A stretch of 64,000 nt of DNA. Origin: Takakia lepidozioides (lineage: Eukaryota; Plantae; Bryophyta). Under the pieces are notes generated by a model that made no database searches, was not told the DNA's origin, and saw only the letters and a list, made by a program, of their open reading frames with translations. A program made the position numbers and the translations under genes. The DNA is taken from NCBI GenBank assembly GCA_030704615.1, contig CM060731.1:74214001-74278000 (forward strand), written 5' to 3'. Position 1 is the stretch's first letter. The number at the start of each line of letters is the position of its first letter. Positions 24,319 to 38,630 of the stretch are shown here, piece by piece.

Positions 24319-24734
24319 CGTATAAAATGGACTAACCAGAGTTACATGAGAAACCGGGGTTACAAAGGGTTACACCGATCGTAGGGTTACACTACCGGAG
24401 TTACATCGACCAGGGTTACACTACAAGCGCCTCCCATCAAGAATCAAAACCTAAACCTCGCCACCTACAACACTATCACCTTACCACCATGCTACCAACC
24501 GCAGCTTGCAACCCACTTGGATTCTTAAGTAGTTAATAGTGAAACTGAGATTTGACAGGCCCCTGCCGGAGGAGCCCATGCTGCAAAAATACTGTCAGAT
24601 GACACGCGTCCGTTAAGTTCTTACATTATTCCTATTGTCTTCAGTCAATAATTATGTGATACAAGAAGGGTCCAATATAATAATATAATAAAATTAAATA
24701 ATGTCAATAAGCATTGACAGTATTATGTCAGAGA

Positions 24735-25160
24735 TTTCCAAAGATCTGAATCTAAGTCTGCAAGTCAAAAAAAAAAAAAAAGTCTGCAAGTCTGACGTCT
24801 AGACGTCTAGACTCTGCTGCATAAATCTGACATAGAGGCTGTAGTGTCCAAAGCCTTGTATGTTGCCAGGAAATTGTCTGATGAGAATGAGGTTAAGTTA
24901 GGCAGAAATTTCCCTGAACTTGTTTCCAGTCTCACATGGGGGAGGCCATCATGGATGGCCTCAAGGGTTTACCCACTCTGGGCACTAGACTGAAATTTAA
25001 ACTCGGGGCGGGAAGCCTACCTTAACAGATGATGCAGAGAGGAAAGGGGATTGCAAATGCCCGCTGTATATGGGCAAGCTGAAGACAAAGTCCACTTTCT
25101 GATTCATTGCCCTGGATGCTCTCACAGAGACACCCATCAAGGGATTTGGGATTTGCTCCT
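24735..25160 (+). mobile_element. Fragment of an RTE/RTEX-like LINE ORF2 C-terminus
   Basis: Homologous to about 30345-30740; encodes degenerate KFKLGAGSL...EDKVHFLIHCPG. Confidence 0.55.
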
Positions 25161-25769
25161 GTAAGTATCATAAAATCCTTCCACCGCTTGTTATTTCAGT
25201 TTCAATACCCTAAGGATTGATACCCAACCTAAAAAGGAAGTTTGATGGAGAACAGTAGCAATGATGGAAAACTTACTGCAACCAGGCAATCTCTGATAAT
25301 TTACAGAGCCTACTGCTCAACACACAGGCCATGAGGGCCCAATGGACGGTCTGAAGGCACATGTTGAAGGATTGAACCCAGGATCACACCTAGGTTATGC
25401 ACAGGCAAGGCACAAACACCAACACTGGGTTCAGGCCTCTCAAACCTTCTCGAGAGTGACACCAAACATCGGAGTGACACGAAGCGTGGTGACACCGCGA
25501 TCAAGCTCCGCAGTCCAGAGAGCCCATCGAGAGCTCCAAGTCAAGGCTTCCCTCTTCAACGCTCTGCTGCCCGCGCGCATTCTACCTAGTTTCTTCTCTA
25601 ACTGTACTAGCTGCAGGGAGGACTGCAGAATGGTTCTTCAGCTCCACAATGGCCTGTCACTTCATTGCCGAAGTGGTCGCCCTACCTTCTTCCCTCGCTC
25701 CTCCTACAACTTCTGCATTTCAGAAGCGCCCATTCTTCTCTTCGCCTGTCAAATACTGGTAATTCCCTT

Positions 25770-26870
25770 CTGGTACGATGCACAGCTAGCAGGCTAGAAC
25801 TGCACCAATCTGAACATCTAGCAGTTAAGAATCCCACGAACGATGAGATCCAGCTTCCACCTCTCGTCTCTTCCTTGATCATCAGCGGCCTCCCACCTCG
25901 ACAGCAGAGCATGTTTCATGTTGAAGCCGAGGAACGCCTTCTAAAAATTGCACGGCACTGGCAGGTCAAGTCGTTTGAAGTGTATTGTCGTCTAGCCGTC
26001 TCGTCTTCAGCGTTCTGTTCAGCGGAACCGTCAGTTGTGATCGTCTTGTAGCCATCTGTATGGTGTTCGCCCTGGCATTCATGTTGGATGATCTTCTCTT
26101 TGATTCGCCAAACGACTTGTACCTCGAGGGGTATGGCATTGATCGCAGCATCCGTGAGAGCCCTCACAAAATCGGAGAGTTCCTCCACAACTTGGACCTC
26201 TCTTCATGCAACAAGAGCCTCCGTGCGATCCCACCCCGATCGAGGGGATGATGTGGGGGAATCGGGTCAGGATTTGAGACGCTTGTCCACCCCGGGATGG
26301 TTCAATAATTTTGCAGACTCTCTCCGCGAGCACCACAGAGTCACCCTTGCCAGCCATGTCGACGTTCTAGGCGACCGCTTTAAATATAATTTGCAAGAAG
26401 ACTTGGAGACTTTCACCCAAATGCGCGCCTGGAACTCTGGAGGCTTGTTTAGTCTGAATCTCGTGGAGTTGGGCAAGAACGCCTTTCTTCCAGACGAGAT
26501 TCGTGCGCAAAGCATGATGCAACAGCTGACCAATGCGGCGTCATTCGGCCACTTTCGTCAACGATTTTCTCCTACCCCAAGGAGATGCAGGAGGAAGACA
26601 ATCCGCGCAATCTAATCAAGGGTTGATGGAAATCTGAAGGCACGCTGCTACCCCAAGCTGCGTGGAGAGCCGTCGACTTGACGAACTCTACACTCGCTCG
26701 TCTTGGAGCTGGAGACGCAGTTGGCCGTGTGGACGCGGAACCTGGCGCCTTTGCTGTGCGCCGCTACGTGGAAGGTGTGAAGGAGCTTCTGTCTGGCCAT
26801 ATTCTGGAGCAGCCTGAACAAGCGCTACCGGCACCCGACTCAGTTTTCCAGAGCTCAGGGCCATCACCAA
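25770..26870 (+). pseudogene. Microbial terpene synthase-like (MTPSL) gene, copy 1, frameshifted
   Basis: LDDLLFD aspartate-rich motif, RAWNSGG, disrupted ND.FSYPKE (NSE motif) and WSSLNKRY (WxxxxxRY) followed by HPDSVF; no introns apparent. Start uncertain. Confidence 0.85.
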
Positions 26871-29800
26871 TGTCCATCACCCACTGCAATGTCAGATTTA
26901 GAACGTGATCAGATGCAGCTGCATCAACTTTGATATCTTTTACCCAAACACTGAGTCACAATGTCGACCATATATGTCAGCATGCTTGAAGTGCACAGGA
27001 GGACTTGATATATTTTCATGTACATGTGATAATGTAATGCAACTGGTGTTACTCATAGCAACGTTTGTCTATATTAGAATAACGATTTGGATTCTGCATA
27101 TATGATGCTGCTGCTTTTGATCTGCCATCTCATGTTTTAGCAAAGAAAAGAAAAAGGAAATGGAGAAGCGGAGAGGAGCGAATCGGACTAAGTTTGTTGG
27201 ACTAGAAAAGAAAAGCAAATTTCAATTGTGGATCAGGTTCCAGTGTTTTTGTACTTGTATCCCTTGGGCCCTTTGGCTCTCCTGTGGATGTAATACAAAA
27301 CATCTCTTTCTCTTTCTTACTGTATTGGTCCTGTGGCCCTGGGTGGGGTTCATGATGGACTCAACAAGGTTTCTCTCTTTTTCACAAATGTTTGGCAGCC
27401 TACCTGCACGAGGCATTCACCCTTAGACAATCACTAGAACATTAGTTCTTATCTCTCTGGCTTCCTGTTTCCTCTCATGTTTTTCTTCCCATTTTGTCTA
27501 TGAGCTTTCCGCGGACATTATAAAGCACCATTTCATTTCATTTCATTTCTCTTTCTTTCTTTCTTTCCTTCACCCCGTTTTGGGTCCATGGTGCTTCTAG
27601 TTTGCCCTTGTACCTTTACTTTGCCCATGGTCCCTAAGGCCCCATAAGAGGTAACAAATTTCTTTCATTCTTATTTCTCTTTGCCCCATGAACATATTGC
27701 CCAATTCTCTTCTCTTCGTTTTCTCTTGTAGTTCCAATATGTGCCATGTAGTTCCTGTGTGGACATGATGAATCTCATTTCTTCCTCTTCTCCTCAATGT
27801 TGTTTTAAAGAGTTTTCTTGAGAAATTTTGGCAGGCCAGAATCTGTATTAAAAAGGGTAGGTCTCTCTATTGGAGGCACATTCCTACAGCGAACACACCC
27901 ATCAATGTCCTATCAATGAGCGTTTGTGATCTGTGGCAAGACTCCAAGAAGCACAGGTACATCAGTAGTCATCTTTCTCTCTGGCTGTTTCCTCTTTCAT
28001 GGTCCACAAAGGGGAAGATCGTAGGTCGAACTACTGAAGCAATTTCCCTCCAGTAGCAAGGTTTGCTTATATATACCAGTCATGCGGAATGTGGGATGTG
28101 AACTCCATCAATGCTGTTCACCCCAGGCATCATATTTACAAGGATGCCAATTATCCCTTCGTTGCATGTTTTGGGTGGTAAGTGCACCCCGGTCTTGAAA
28201 TTCGCTCTGTTTCTCCAAACTTTTTTTGTCTAGATTCTAGTTTGCTCAGAGTGGTTTGTCCTGGAAGGCCTTCTGGGATCACCTGAAGCAGCAGCCTCCA
28301 TAACTCCTAGTGACATCAGAACTGAGAATTCGTACCGTAACAACCATTGTCCTCCGTAACTCCCCCTTTGCGCCCAAGTTTGCTCCTGATAAGACCTGCT
28401 TCTACAGTAGTCTTAGCAGACTAAGAAATCAAGCTCTTTAGAGGAAATCAGTGGCGTGGCAGCTTGCTCTGATGGTCTGTATCTTGAAGTATTATCCATG
28501 GGTTTCAATAGTATCTTTGATGAAGGGGATGAAACCCAGGCCATGCCTTCAGGGCAATTTCAACACTATATCTTGCACATGTGTCAATAGTTATAACCTA
28601 CTCCCCAATCTCGTTGGCTGCAAAAAGCAGCCAACTCACCCTGACACTGTGGAGTAGGAAGTGTTCTGTTATGGTTTTTGGCAAACAAGTGCCAGTATGT
28701 TAGTTTGTTGGTTCTCTGAGCACTTTAGTCCTTTTTAAATGAACATACAGGCTCCATACAGACTCCACAATGTATTCTTTGTCTTTGCTTCCAGGGTTTG
28801 GCTGCTGATGCTCCCACAGTTCCATCTCATTGTTCCCTGTCTTGCCTTGCAAAGCGCTGGAAGGCTGCAAGGGATTTTGCGACACATTGGCAAACACACT
28901 CATCGAGTTCATCAGTAGACAATCCAGAGGTCTATCAGATCAAGTGAAAAGGCTCCAGTTCAATTTCATCCAGTGCAGAGGTCGAAGTCGAAGATCAATT
29001 CACTTTCATCTGTTCAGCCCACTCCATTTCACCGTGCAGCTAAATCACATTGGCATGGGGTTGTACATACTACATCTCCTAAAAATTTCTTGCATTCAAA
29101 TTGCAACGGCAAAACTTCTGAATTTTTTAATAGATGCACCTGCATTTCCGCTCCCAATAGGTGTCTCCTGGTTTCCATGGGTAACTGTAAGCATCCATAT
29201 CCTACATCCCTTTCTTTGTAGGCTAGCTTGCTGGCTAATGTTGAGAGCTCTCTTCCATGACCTTACCTGTGAGTCTATTGCTTCCTGGTCTCTCTCTCTC
29301 GTTATGTCAAGCTTGCTTTCCTTTACCTTTCTTTCTTCTCGACCACAGCTTTCTTTTCAGGTTGAGTTTCATACACCCTGGTGGGATGAACCCCGACAGG
29401 CTCTTGGAGGTTATTAGCTTGTGGGGACTGCACCCTCTAATGGTATAGTCGTGCGCACATACTCTCTCTCTCTTGGCTTCTGGGCTGCTTTTGGCTGTGA
29501 TTTTGTCTCTTCTTTCTGGTTTCTCCCTTTTGTACCATAAGCTCTTTGAGATTTCCACGGAGGTTATAAAGTACCATTTCATTTCATTTCATTTCTCTCT
29601 CTTTCGTTTCTATAGTGTCTCTCTCTCTCTTACAGCCCAATTGCTTGTCTACACCACTCTCTCCATCTCTTCTATGGGCATTGGAAAGGTTCAGGTTGGG
29701 ATCCCAGCCTGAGGATGGAAACTGGTAGATGATGGGTTAATCTGCAGTGTTGTGAATGCTTGTACCCTGCGTGTGCCAGGGAAGACAGGCAGGGGATTGG

Positions 29801-30049
29801 GGCTGAGGAACATTTCTTCTTCCACTATCCACTATATTATGGAATCAGGGCCTGCTACTACGACCTGTTCAGAGACAGAGGTCTTTCTTTCATCATGAGG
29901 ATCAGTTATACCTGGCTGCATATCTACATGAAGCTCTCACCCTTTGCAAATCTCCTGATTCCGAACAGTGGTTTTTGGGCTGCTTGTAGAGGGCCCCTGA
30001 CTTTCTTCTTTCCTGCCATGCTTTGCCGCGTTATTAGGCATGCCTTGGA

Positions 30050-31230
30050 GTATGAATCTGCAGTGTGGGTTGATAACTCCAACCAGGCTAAGTCTCTAGA
30101 ATCCATTCAAGTGAGGGGTGCTCAAGGAGTGCATGTCAATATGCTCCAAAACAGTTAATGTGGCTGTTCGGGGTGAGATTGGCATTCCTCCCTTGAGCTC
30201 CCCACTGATGAATTCAAGGTCAGATGGTGGGGCCAGTCGCAACTTATGACTAATATCAGATATCCTAAGTTAATTGACTCTACATCTTGGAAGCAGGATT
30301 GCCCTGTCAAACAGGCCAAGTCCTGGCGGAAGAGGGTAATAGATTTTCAAGGATCTAAATCTAAGTCTGCAAGTCTAGACCCTGCTGGATATATCTGACT
30401 TAGAGGCTGTAGGATCCAAAGCCATGACTGTTGCCAGGAAATTGTCTGATGAAAATGAAGTTAGGCAGAAAATTTCCCTGAACTTGTTTCCAGTCTGACA
30501 TGGGGGAGGCCAACATGGATGGCCTCAAGGGTTTACCCACTCTCGGCACTAGATGAAATTTAAACTGGGGGCGGGAAGCCTACCTTTGAACAGCAAACAG
30601 ATGCAGAGAGGAAAGGGGGATTGCAAATGCACGCTGTATGGGCAACCTGAGGACAAAGTCCACTTTCTGATTCATTGCCCTGGGTACTCTCGCCAGAGAG
30701 ACACGCTCTTCAAATCCATCAAGGGATTTGTTCCTGTACCTCTGTTTACCAACTTCGAAAATCTCAAGGCTTGTTTCCAGTATGTGACGGGTGAGGATCT
30801 TAAGGCTGATCTAAAGGGCCTATCTGCCCTTGGCACTAGACTGAAATTTAAACTGAGGCGGAGACTCCACCTTTGAACAATAACATGCAGAGTGTAAAGG
30901 GAGATTATCCGTACCTGACATGTGGGCGGCCCGAAGACACTATCCATTTTCTGATACGATGTCTGGGGTATCCTCATCAGAGTGTGACGCTCTTCAGGAC
31001 CATCAAGAACATAGTCCCTGCACCTCTGTTCACCAACTTTCAAATCTCGAGGCTGAACCCGAAGCCCCCTGCTGGGGTCTAATTGTTGGGCAGCTCGCAC
31101 ACATCAAATCTGGAAAGCTGAGCCGCGCAAACCACTTGCTTACACACCAAGGTAAGTCCGGCACTACTGGAGTGAGCCCCCGTAAAGGTAGTGTCCTCTT
31201 GTTCCGTCCAAACTGGGCGCGGGGTCTATG
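30050..31230 (+). mobile_element. Degenerate RTE/RTEX-like LINE 3' region with a duplicated zinc-knuckle segment
   Basis: CTLYGQPEDKVHFLIHCPGY and TCGRPEDTIHFLIRCLGY; the 3' tail aaactgggcgcggggtc is shared with about 20900-20915 and, inverted, 48578-48600. Confidence 0.6.
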
Positions 31231-31247
31231 TATAGCGTAATGCCCTG

Positions 31248-31413
31248 CGTAAAGAACTGCCACAAATTTTTTAAAAACAATTTAATGTCCGGTGCATTCT
31301 GCATTTCGGAGCTGATGGGGCGCATTCCAAAATGCAGAATGCAGAATGCACCGCGATGAATTCTTTTTAACGGCACGATACATACAAAGAAAATTTTGTG
31401 GCAGTGCTTCACG
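31248..31413. mobile_element. Small palindromic MITE-like element
   Basis: cgtaaagaactgccacaaattt versus aaattttgtggcagtgcttcacg; inner inverted pair tgcattctgcattt / aaatgcagaatgca. Confidence 0.65.
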
Positions 31414-32379
31414 GCAACATAACCTATTTTTAGAGCAGACTCGATGACGTGGCGTGTTTCTACTGGATTTGAGGAGGGGTGCTATATGTGGTATTCTATG
31501 ACCTACTAGATTTTAACGCCTCTCATTGTTTAATAATAGGGTCATGAATGCACGGGCGGGCCCCGCCAGTAGGACCCTTGGGGTGGAGCTCATAAGCCCA
31601 CCGCCCGTTCATTAGGTCGGCGAGGTTCTGAAATTTTTCTAAGTCCTTGTTAATCTACCGTGGCGGACCTTCTAGCGGACTTGGCATACCCTCCAATAGA
31701 CCGACTCCAACCTTCTAGCAAACCCTCCAAGAGACCGACGAGCGGATTGGCACCTCTCCAGTAGACTGGGAAGAACCCCCTCCAGCAAAGGGGCAGTCCC
31801 TTCGACAAAATATATATTTAATAACACACATTATTGCCACACCGTACAACGTAACGAGATTTAAACACCATACCTCTATTTATCATTCATTACTGTTAAA
31901 TGAGAAGCGATTTTAACTACCTACGCGGCTCGGTAGTTCCCGGCTCCTTGCTACATTCGGCGGTGGTAGGTACTGTACAAAAGTAAACTGACTGGCTTGC
32001 TGCCCTAAAAACTGGTTATGACCAGTAGCGCTCGAGAGGAGCCCCTTCTATCAGCCCCCTGCTATCAGATATAGCAGATCGCCATGACACCTCGCCACTA
32101 ACACGGCTTGGTAGGTCCTAGCTCGCTGCTATATCTGGTAGCGCAGGGGCTCCTTTCGAACGCTACCTAGTCTATAGCCGGTAAGAAGGAGCTGGCTATG
32201 GCAGTAACTTGAGGCCCAAAAGTTACTGCCGTAGTTGGTCTCCTTCGAACAGGCTGAGGTTGGGTAGTATGTGAGTATGCTTACACGAGCAGATTGGCAT
32301 ATTTCATAGATTCTCAATCTTGTGAGTATGCCACAGCGAAAGGAAAATACGCTGATGCCACTCAAATGCGAAACTACTG

Positions 32380-32850
32380 AAAATTTTATGCTCACGCGAA
32401 ACTATCTTTTTTTCTTTTTTCTTTTTTTTTATATTCTTTTTTGGAATTATTTTGCAAACGAAACTGTTTGTGCTCACGTGAGCACAGATTTTGAATTAGT
32501 TTCGCGGACAAAAATATTGCTAATTTTTTTTAACCCTTTGTTTGATTAATTTTTTTTTCCCCCTGATATTCTCTTTTGGAATTATTTCGCAAACGAAAAC
32601 TGTGTGTGCTCGCGTGAACACAAATTCTGAATTAGTTTTGCTGGAAAAATATTGCTATTTTTTCAATCTGTTTGTGCTCGCGTGAGCACAAATTCTGAAT
32701 TAGTTTTGCTGGCAAAATTGCTATTTTTTTCTATCTTTCTTGTTAGTTTTGTATTTTCCCTGATATTCTCTTTTGGAATTTTTTCGCAAACAAGAAACTT
32801 TTTGTGTTCGCGAGAGCACGGATTTTCAATTAGTTTCACTCGCGATTTTT
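32380..32850. repeat. Imperfect AT-rich tandem repeats
   Basis: About 4 recurrences of tgtgctc(a/g)cgtgagcaca...gaattagttt. Confidence 0.7.
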
Positions 32851-33894
32851 TTTTAAAAATTTATTTATAAATAAAAGAGGGACATTAGCCCCAAAACATT
32901 ATCTGTCCGTGTATGACTTCTATTTCCGTTTGCAAACATATCTCCCCCATAACCGTGGATTCTGCTCGTGTGAGTTTTTTTTTTTACTCACGTTGTGCTC
33001 ACGCCCTACCAATCCCCGAACCAGCTACCTGAACATGATCGGTTGATGTTGGATCGAGATGCATGCGACCGGCTATAGCAGGTCAATGCAGATACCTACT
33101 CGTTTCAACCTTCCAGTTTGTCGCCCCGCTCTGCTGCTGATGTGAGCAATTTAAGTTTTGGCGCAGCACTCTTTTGTCTCAATTTTGAGAGAGTTGCTTC
33201 TGCTGATGTTCCTACAATTTCTTCAGTTGCTACCGTTGATGATCAATACCGTTCCTATTATAATTGAGCCACATGTGGTTGTCCGTACTGAGGACCTAGA
33301 ATCTAAGAATGAACACGTCGACAATGATATATATGATGAGGAGCAATTTCCCCTATCAATCCTAAAGACATACTTAATTTCGTTGTTGTTTATGGAGTCT
33401 CATTGCATGCTATAGAAAAATTTATGTAGGGTACAGCTCCTCCACGTGATAATGAACCTAAAATTCCTCGTGGACCTGTTCCTCGCAAAAATTGGTTGCC
33501 TATCAATGAGGCAGAGTACCAAGATGTTATTAATGACGTGACACAAACTCTAAGTACTGCTAAGAATGAAAAATGGGTCATTAACAATTCAATGAGTGGA
33601 GGGCTTTCTCTGTTCTTGATGTGACAAAGAAGTTTGAAGAGCTTGAGCTTGAAGAGTGTGCTCAATTGCTTGGTCGTTTTTTCTACATACAATTTTTTTC
33701 AGATCCCTCACAAACCCATTGGAAAGCAGTGAAGAGGATATTTTGAGAGGCTTCTCATTGTTTGATAATAGCGACGCCAATGCGGACACGTGTGGTTGTG
33801 GCGGGGCCCGCATGTGGGAGAGGGGGTCGCGATGGGGGGGACGTCCACTACTATGTGCCCGGTGACAAATCCATAGATATAGAGCAGTTAGTCA

Positions 33895-34197
33895 GATTTT
33901 TCTATCTCAGAAGAGATTTATGGAAGAGATAATCAAGAGGTTCAATATGCAGGAATCTAAACTCGGTTAGTACTCCCGCAGACCCACACATTCAACTCAG
34001 CCTCTCTGTAGAAGACTCTGATGAAGAAGATTTTTCAGGTGCCATATAAAGAGACGATTGGGTGCCTGATGTATGCATCCACGTTGACAAGACCTAACAT
34101 AACATATGTAGTCAACAATGTAGCGAAGTATTCCAACAAGCCCAAGAAAATAGATTGGACTAATGTGGAGAGTATTCAGGTATCTGAAAGGTACCAA
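33895..34197 (+). pseudogene. Ty1/copia reverse transcriptase fragment
   Basis: LSQKRF...KRFNM, VPYKETIGCLMYASTLTRPNITYVV and RYLKGT are copia RT C-terminal motifs. Confidence 0.85.
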
Positions 34198-37100
34198 TGG
34201 GAAGTTGAGAGGGTGTTGAGTCTGCTCATGTAGGCGCTTGATGGTATCTCGTTGAGGACCCAGGTGAACAAGCTGAGGGGTGCAATGGCCCAGATTGCGA
34301 TGAGCCCCAAAGGTTCTTTAACTAAAAATCTTCAAGCATTTTTAGTTGAACTAAATGGTTGTTGAAGAACAACAACCTCCCTGTCTGAAGTCGTCCCATC
34401 GGCAATAACTTTCATCCACCATTATCCTTACTATTGGTAACTGGAGTCGTATACAAAACAGAAAAAAAAACTGGCATCTTGTGAGATAAAAAATGCTTCC
34501 ATGTGGTGTCTTTCTTTCACTTTGGAATAGATAATTTGTTTCGCTAACATATGCTTAAATGTACTAGTGAGATTGAGTATAATTTGGTCTGGAAGACTCA
34601 ACGGGATTTGCATAATGTCTTGGATGAATTAGGGTTTGCTTATCCAAATCCATTTTCTAATCAGACTGCTCCAAGACCTAGAGTTGGGTCACCCCCAATC
34701 CTCATATTGAGAATTTTTTTAACATATGGTTGCTAGCGGCACATTCTCGCATATCCATGTCCAAACATCAATTGGTGGTTGTTGAAATTCTTGCACAATT
34801 TTTGGCTGGGCTGACTGTTTGTGCCCATGAAAAGGAAGAGGAATAGTTCAATAGAAGAATATTAATGCAGCCAACCAAGAATATCAACGACAATGTTCCA
34901 TATGGCCGGAATGTAATTGACATGAGAACAAATCTCCCTATTCCATAGCATAGAAAGATTGGAAATCAGGTGGAATTGGACGCATATGGACAAGTATGAG
35001 ATGATCAAGATTTTACAATTTGTGATGAAAAGATATGAATCCACTTGTTTTATTTCACACACTGCTATCTTTGACATAAGTGGAAGCCACAGTTGGGCCT
35101 CAGCATTAGGACAAGTTCATGCTACAATGGAGGAAAAAGTACATCACTACATAAATCCAATTCAAGTGTACATAGCCCCCATAGTTGCTTCCACCATTTT
35201 TGATATGTTTTGAGACCTGCAATCTATAAAGGTTTTTTTTAATGTTAGAGTCACCAAATCTGAATGGAAGTCAATATGTTGTATCTAGAACCTCCTGAGC
35301 GCTTTTATGGAACGATGCTTATTTGATGGACCAGCCGATCCCACTCTCTGGATGGTCTCAAAATTCATAAAAAAAAACGGCTTAGATAATATTGGATGCA
35401 TCCCATATTGGACTTCAATGAATTCTCAACAACGTGGATGATTTTGTTCCCCATTTTATTCTCTTCTTGACATTGCAAGGACCACAATTCTTTTGAGTAC
35501 TGGCCCATTTTATTCTCTGAGAGTGGTGTCCCATGAGCATTGTATTGGCAGTTCAAGGCGAATAACTGTTTTGTTTTTTGTTGATTCTCTTAAGAGAAAC
35601 TATCCATCATGTTGGAGTCATTCCATAAACACCCAAAGAATAGAAGGATCGAAGATTGAACCCACCCTCCGAAAAACATAGGTGATAGTAAGGAAGAAAA
35701 TGTAGTCAAAGGACTTTAGACCATGTCAAGGCACCGCTTGGTGTGTTGTGCGAGTCATGCCCCTTAGTCTCACCTCCCCCATATGTTCAAATCTTGCTAC
35801 TTAGCTGGGTGTGGTAACATATTCTTGCCGATTTCTCTGAATCTGAGAGTGGTGTCCCATGAGCATTGTGCTGGCAGTTCAAGGCCAATTTTGTTTTTTT
35901 TAAACTCTCTTAAGAGAAACTATGCATCATGTTGGAATCAACGAAGAAAATGTGGTCAATGGACCTTGGACCATGTCAAGGCACCGATTGGTGTGTTGTG
36001 CCAAATCATGCCCCTTAGTCTCACCTCCCCCATATGTTTTGCTGTGGCTTGTTCTTTTTGGGTGGGACATTTAAAACATTATGATTAGGTTACTTTGTGA
36101 AAGTCATTAGAGATGCCCTCCATCTTATACGAAGTCATTTTTCTCTCACTTTAGTGGAGAGGGCCAATTTATGTGGTTTGGTAGTTGTTTCTTTTTATCA
36201 ATATTGTCACATCTCAAGAAAAGAAGTCTGCTCCTGCTTCCTTTTGTCTTATGAGCGTTGTGTTCGGCAGCAAGGTGACTTTGAAAGAGGTTATTTTTTC
36301 CTATCACTATAACTAACACTTGGGCCTGGTTTGTGAGTGTTCGTTCCAAGGTGTTTCCCTTAAAAAAAAGAAGAAAAAGAAAACAGAAGCTTAGTCCAAA
36401 AAATCCTCCACCGCCCACATTTATCAAGCAAGCACATGTAAGCAAGCACATGTTACGTAGGTTGTAAGCATGATGAACTGCATTTAATACGGGTTGACAA
36501 CAAAGCATCGATTTTGCGAACATGCCTACCAAATTCATTATATATATATATATATATATATATGTACGTTCCGGAACATCTTTCTTAGGTGTGACGGAGC
36601 ATGTGACCACCTTATATACTGGGCATGTGAGATGAATGAAACTACCATGGATTCAGTGGGCTCTTATCGATGACAAAATTTCCCAGTCTAATAATATGGA
36701 TGAACGTGTCGGCTGTTGGATGAAATCCACTGGATGAAGTGAAAGCCAGCTTAAGCAAGCGACGACGTGCCCGCAACCCTACCTCGCCGGCCGGATCCCC
36801 ACTTCCCGGGCCCGGCCGTTCTTCGACCGAGCCGCCATCGCGACGTGCCGCTCGTGCCGCCCTAAGCATATCCCTAATATCACGCTAACACTCACTAAAC
36901 AGCGCACTAACCCACTCACTAAAGTCCCTTGTACATCAACTCCCAATCAGCGCCCTTTCAATACACCGCCCGATTGAATATTGTCATTAATTGTATTTTC
37001 GCCCTGACTCCAGAGTTTTGGATAAAGCCGTATTTGGGCGACATGATTTCTGCGGACTGAATTACTGTGGCAGGACCTCTGAGCGGCCTTTAAGACCCCC

Positions 37101-38199
37101 CCTTTACTGCGCCACGCCGGTTCTGCACCATTCGGCTCTTTTTCATTTCCATACCCGCACTAGGCCCTGCCCGCCTACTCAAAGCGCCGGGCGGCCCGGC
37201 GGCCCTCCCCAGCCGCCGCCTCTGCCATCGCATAATTCCAGGGATTCCAATATGTAATGCCAGGCGATTTATTTGACCGCTATTTTCTGGGTCAAATGCT
37301 GCCGGTAATTTCTTTTTTCTTTTTTTCTTTCTAACATTTAAAAAAAAAGTTTTTTTTCAACACCTGGGAGCGACAGCTCACAAATCAGGCCCCTTAATAG
37401 TGAGAGGAGAAAAATAACCTCTTTAGACTCTCACAGTAACCTCGCCACAGTCGTCAAAGATAGCAGGATTTGACCCCAGAATCCTCTGGGTGGCACTCTG
37501 TGCACTATCCAGCTGAGCTACTGACTGTTGGTTTAGCAATTCGAAAGGGGAAAATAGGTTTTTGGTTAAACTTGACAACTTTATTTAGCCAATAGATATA
37601 TATCAGAGGGAATATAATGTCCTGTATTATTTGTAAATTGTAGACATTACTATTTTATTTCGATAAATTGAGGGAGGGAATGATTTAGCAACTGCTGGCT
37701 GTCTAATTTATTCCATCCCAGGAACCACCCATTTTGTTTCCACAGTTTATCAACATTTCCTATTTATTGAAGGGCCTCTGTCGCCTTCAAACAAAGCCAT
37801 GAAAGAAAGAGAAAAGAAAAACCACTGACATAAATCATGAAAAATGTAAACTGTAGGGAATTAAAGTAAATTAGACAAAACTACGAGAATAGGTAGGAAT
37901 CGCCATATACGGCGAAAGGAGATATGGGGCAGGGTGGCGATACCGGGATTCTGAAGGCCTGGCTATATACGGCTCTGCCGCCGAGCAGCCTCGACGTGCT
38001 GCACGTCCGTCCCTTCTCTTACGAGTCAACGACCACTCACTTACTTACTCTCTCCTCGCTCTCTCCTACTATTACCGCAGAGGACGTTAGCTACCAGAAA
38101 GAGCCATAATTTCAGATAGCTAACGTAAACGTCACCGCTACGGCTTAACAGAAAGTGTAACCACGGTCACCCGTGATTGTTCGGAGACAGGGGCCCCAC

Positions 38200-38276
38200 C
38201 CGGCCGGCCGCAGCGGCTGCGCCCGAAGCTGGTGGGAGGAGATCTGGCGTGGGGCGAAGGCGTATATAACCGCCAG
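38200..38276 (+). promoter_or_regulatory. Putative core promoter of pectate lyase 1 (GC-rich element plus TATA)
   Basis: ccggccggccgcagcggctgcgcccg and gtatataaccgcca (TATATAA 38263-38269) are conserved upstream of the paralogue. Confidence 0.6.
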
Positions 38277-38630
38277 CTTTCGTTGGCTTGTCTCGCAGCG
38301 ATGTCCTGTGCCCGTGAAAGGCCTGATCAGAGTAAACAGGGCTGCTTATTCATGAGCTATAATTTGTGCAGTGGTTAAGTTATTAGCAGTTGATCTCTGG
38401 AGTGCATGTCTAGAGTGCTCAGTAAGAGTCTAGATAGAAACTTTTAAGTACTGCAAGTCTTTTTCGAATCGGGCTTTCAAGGAGAGCTGAGTGAGTCCGT
38501 TGAAATTTGAATTCTTGTGCCCTCACTTTGGGCTGAGAGAGGATGCATTGGGCTCTAGTTAGATAGTCTCGGTGTTAGAAATTGAAGTGGTTTCAGGTTG
38601 CAGTTCATCGGCCAAAAGCATCCCGCAGGG

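Noticed and set aside
34300-36100. Possible decayed coding or TE sequence, with a roughly 200-bp imperfect direct repeat (about 35517 and 35843)
   Set aside because: No assignable motif; too degenerate to call by eye.
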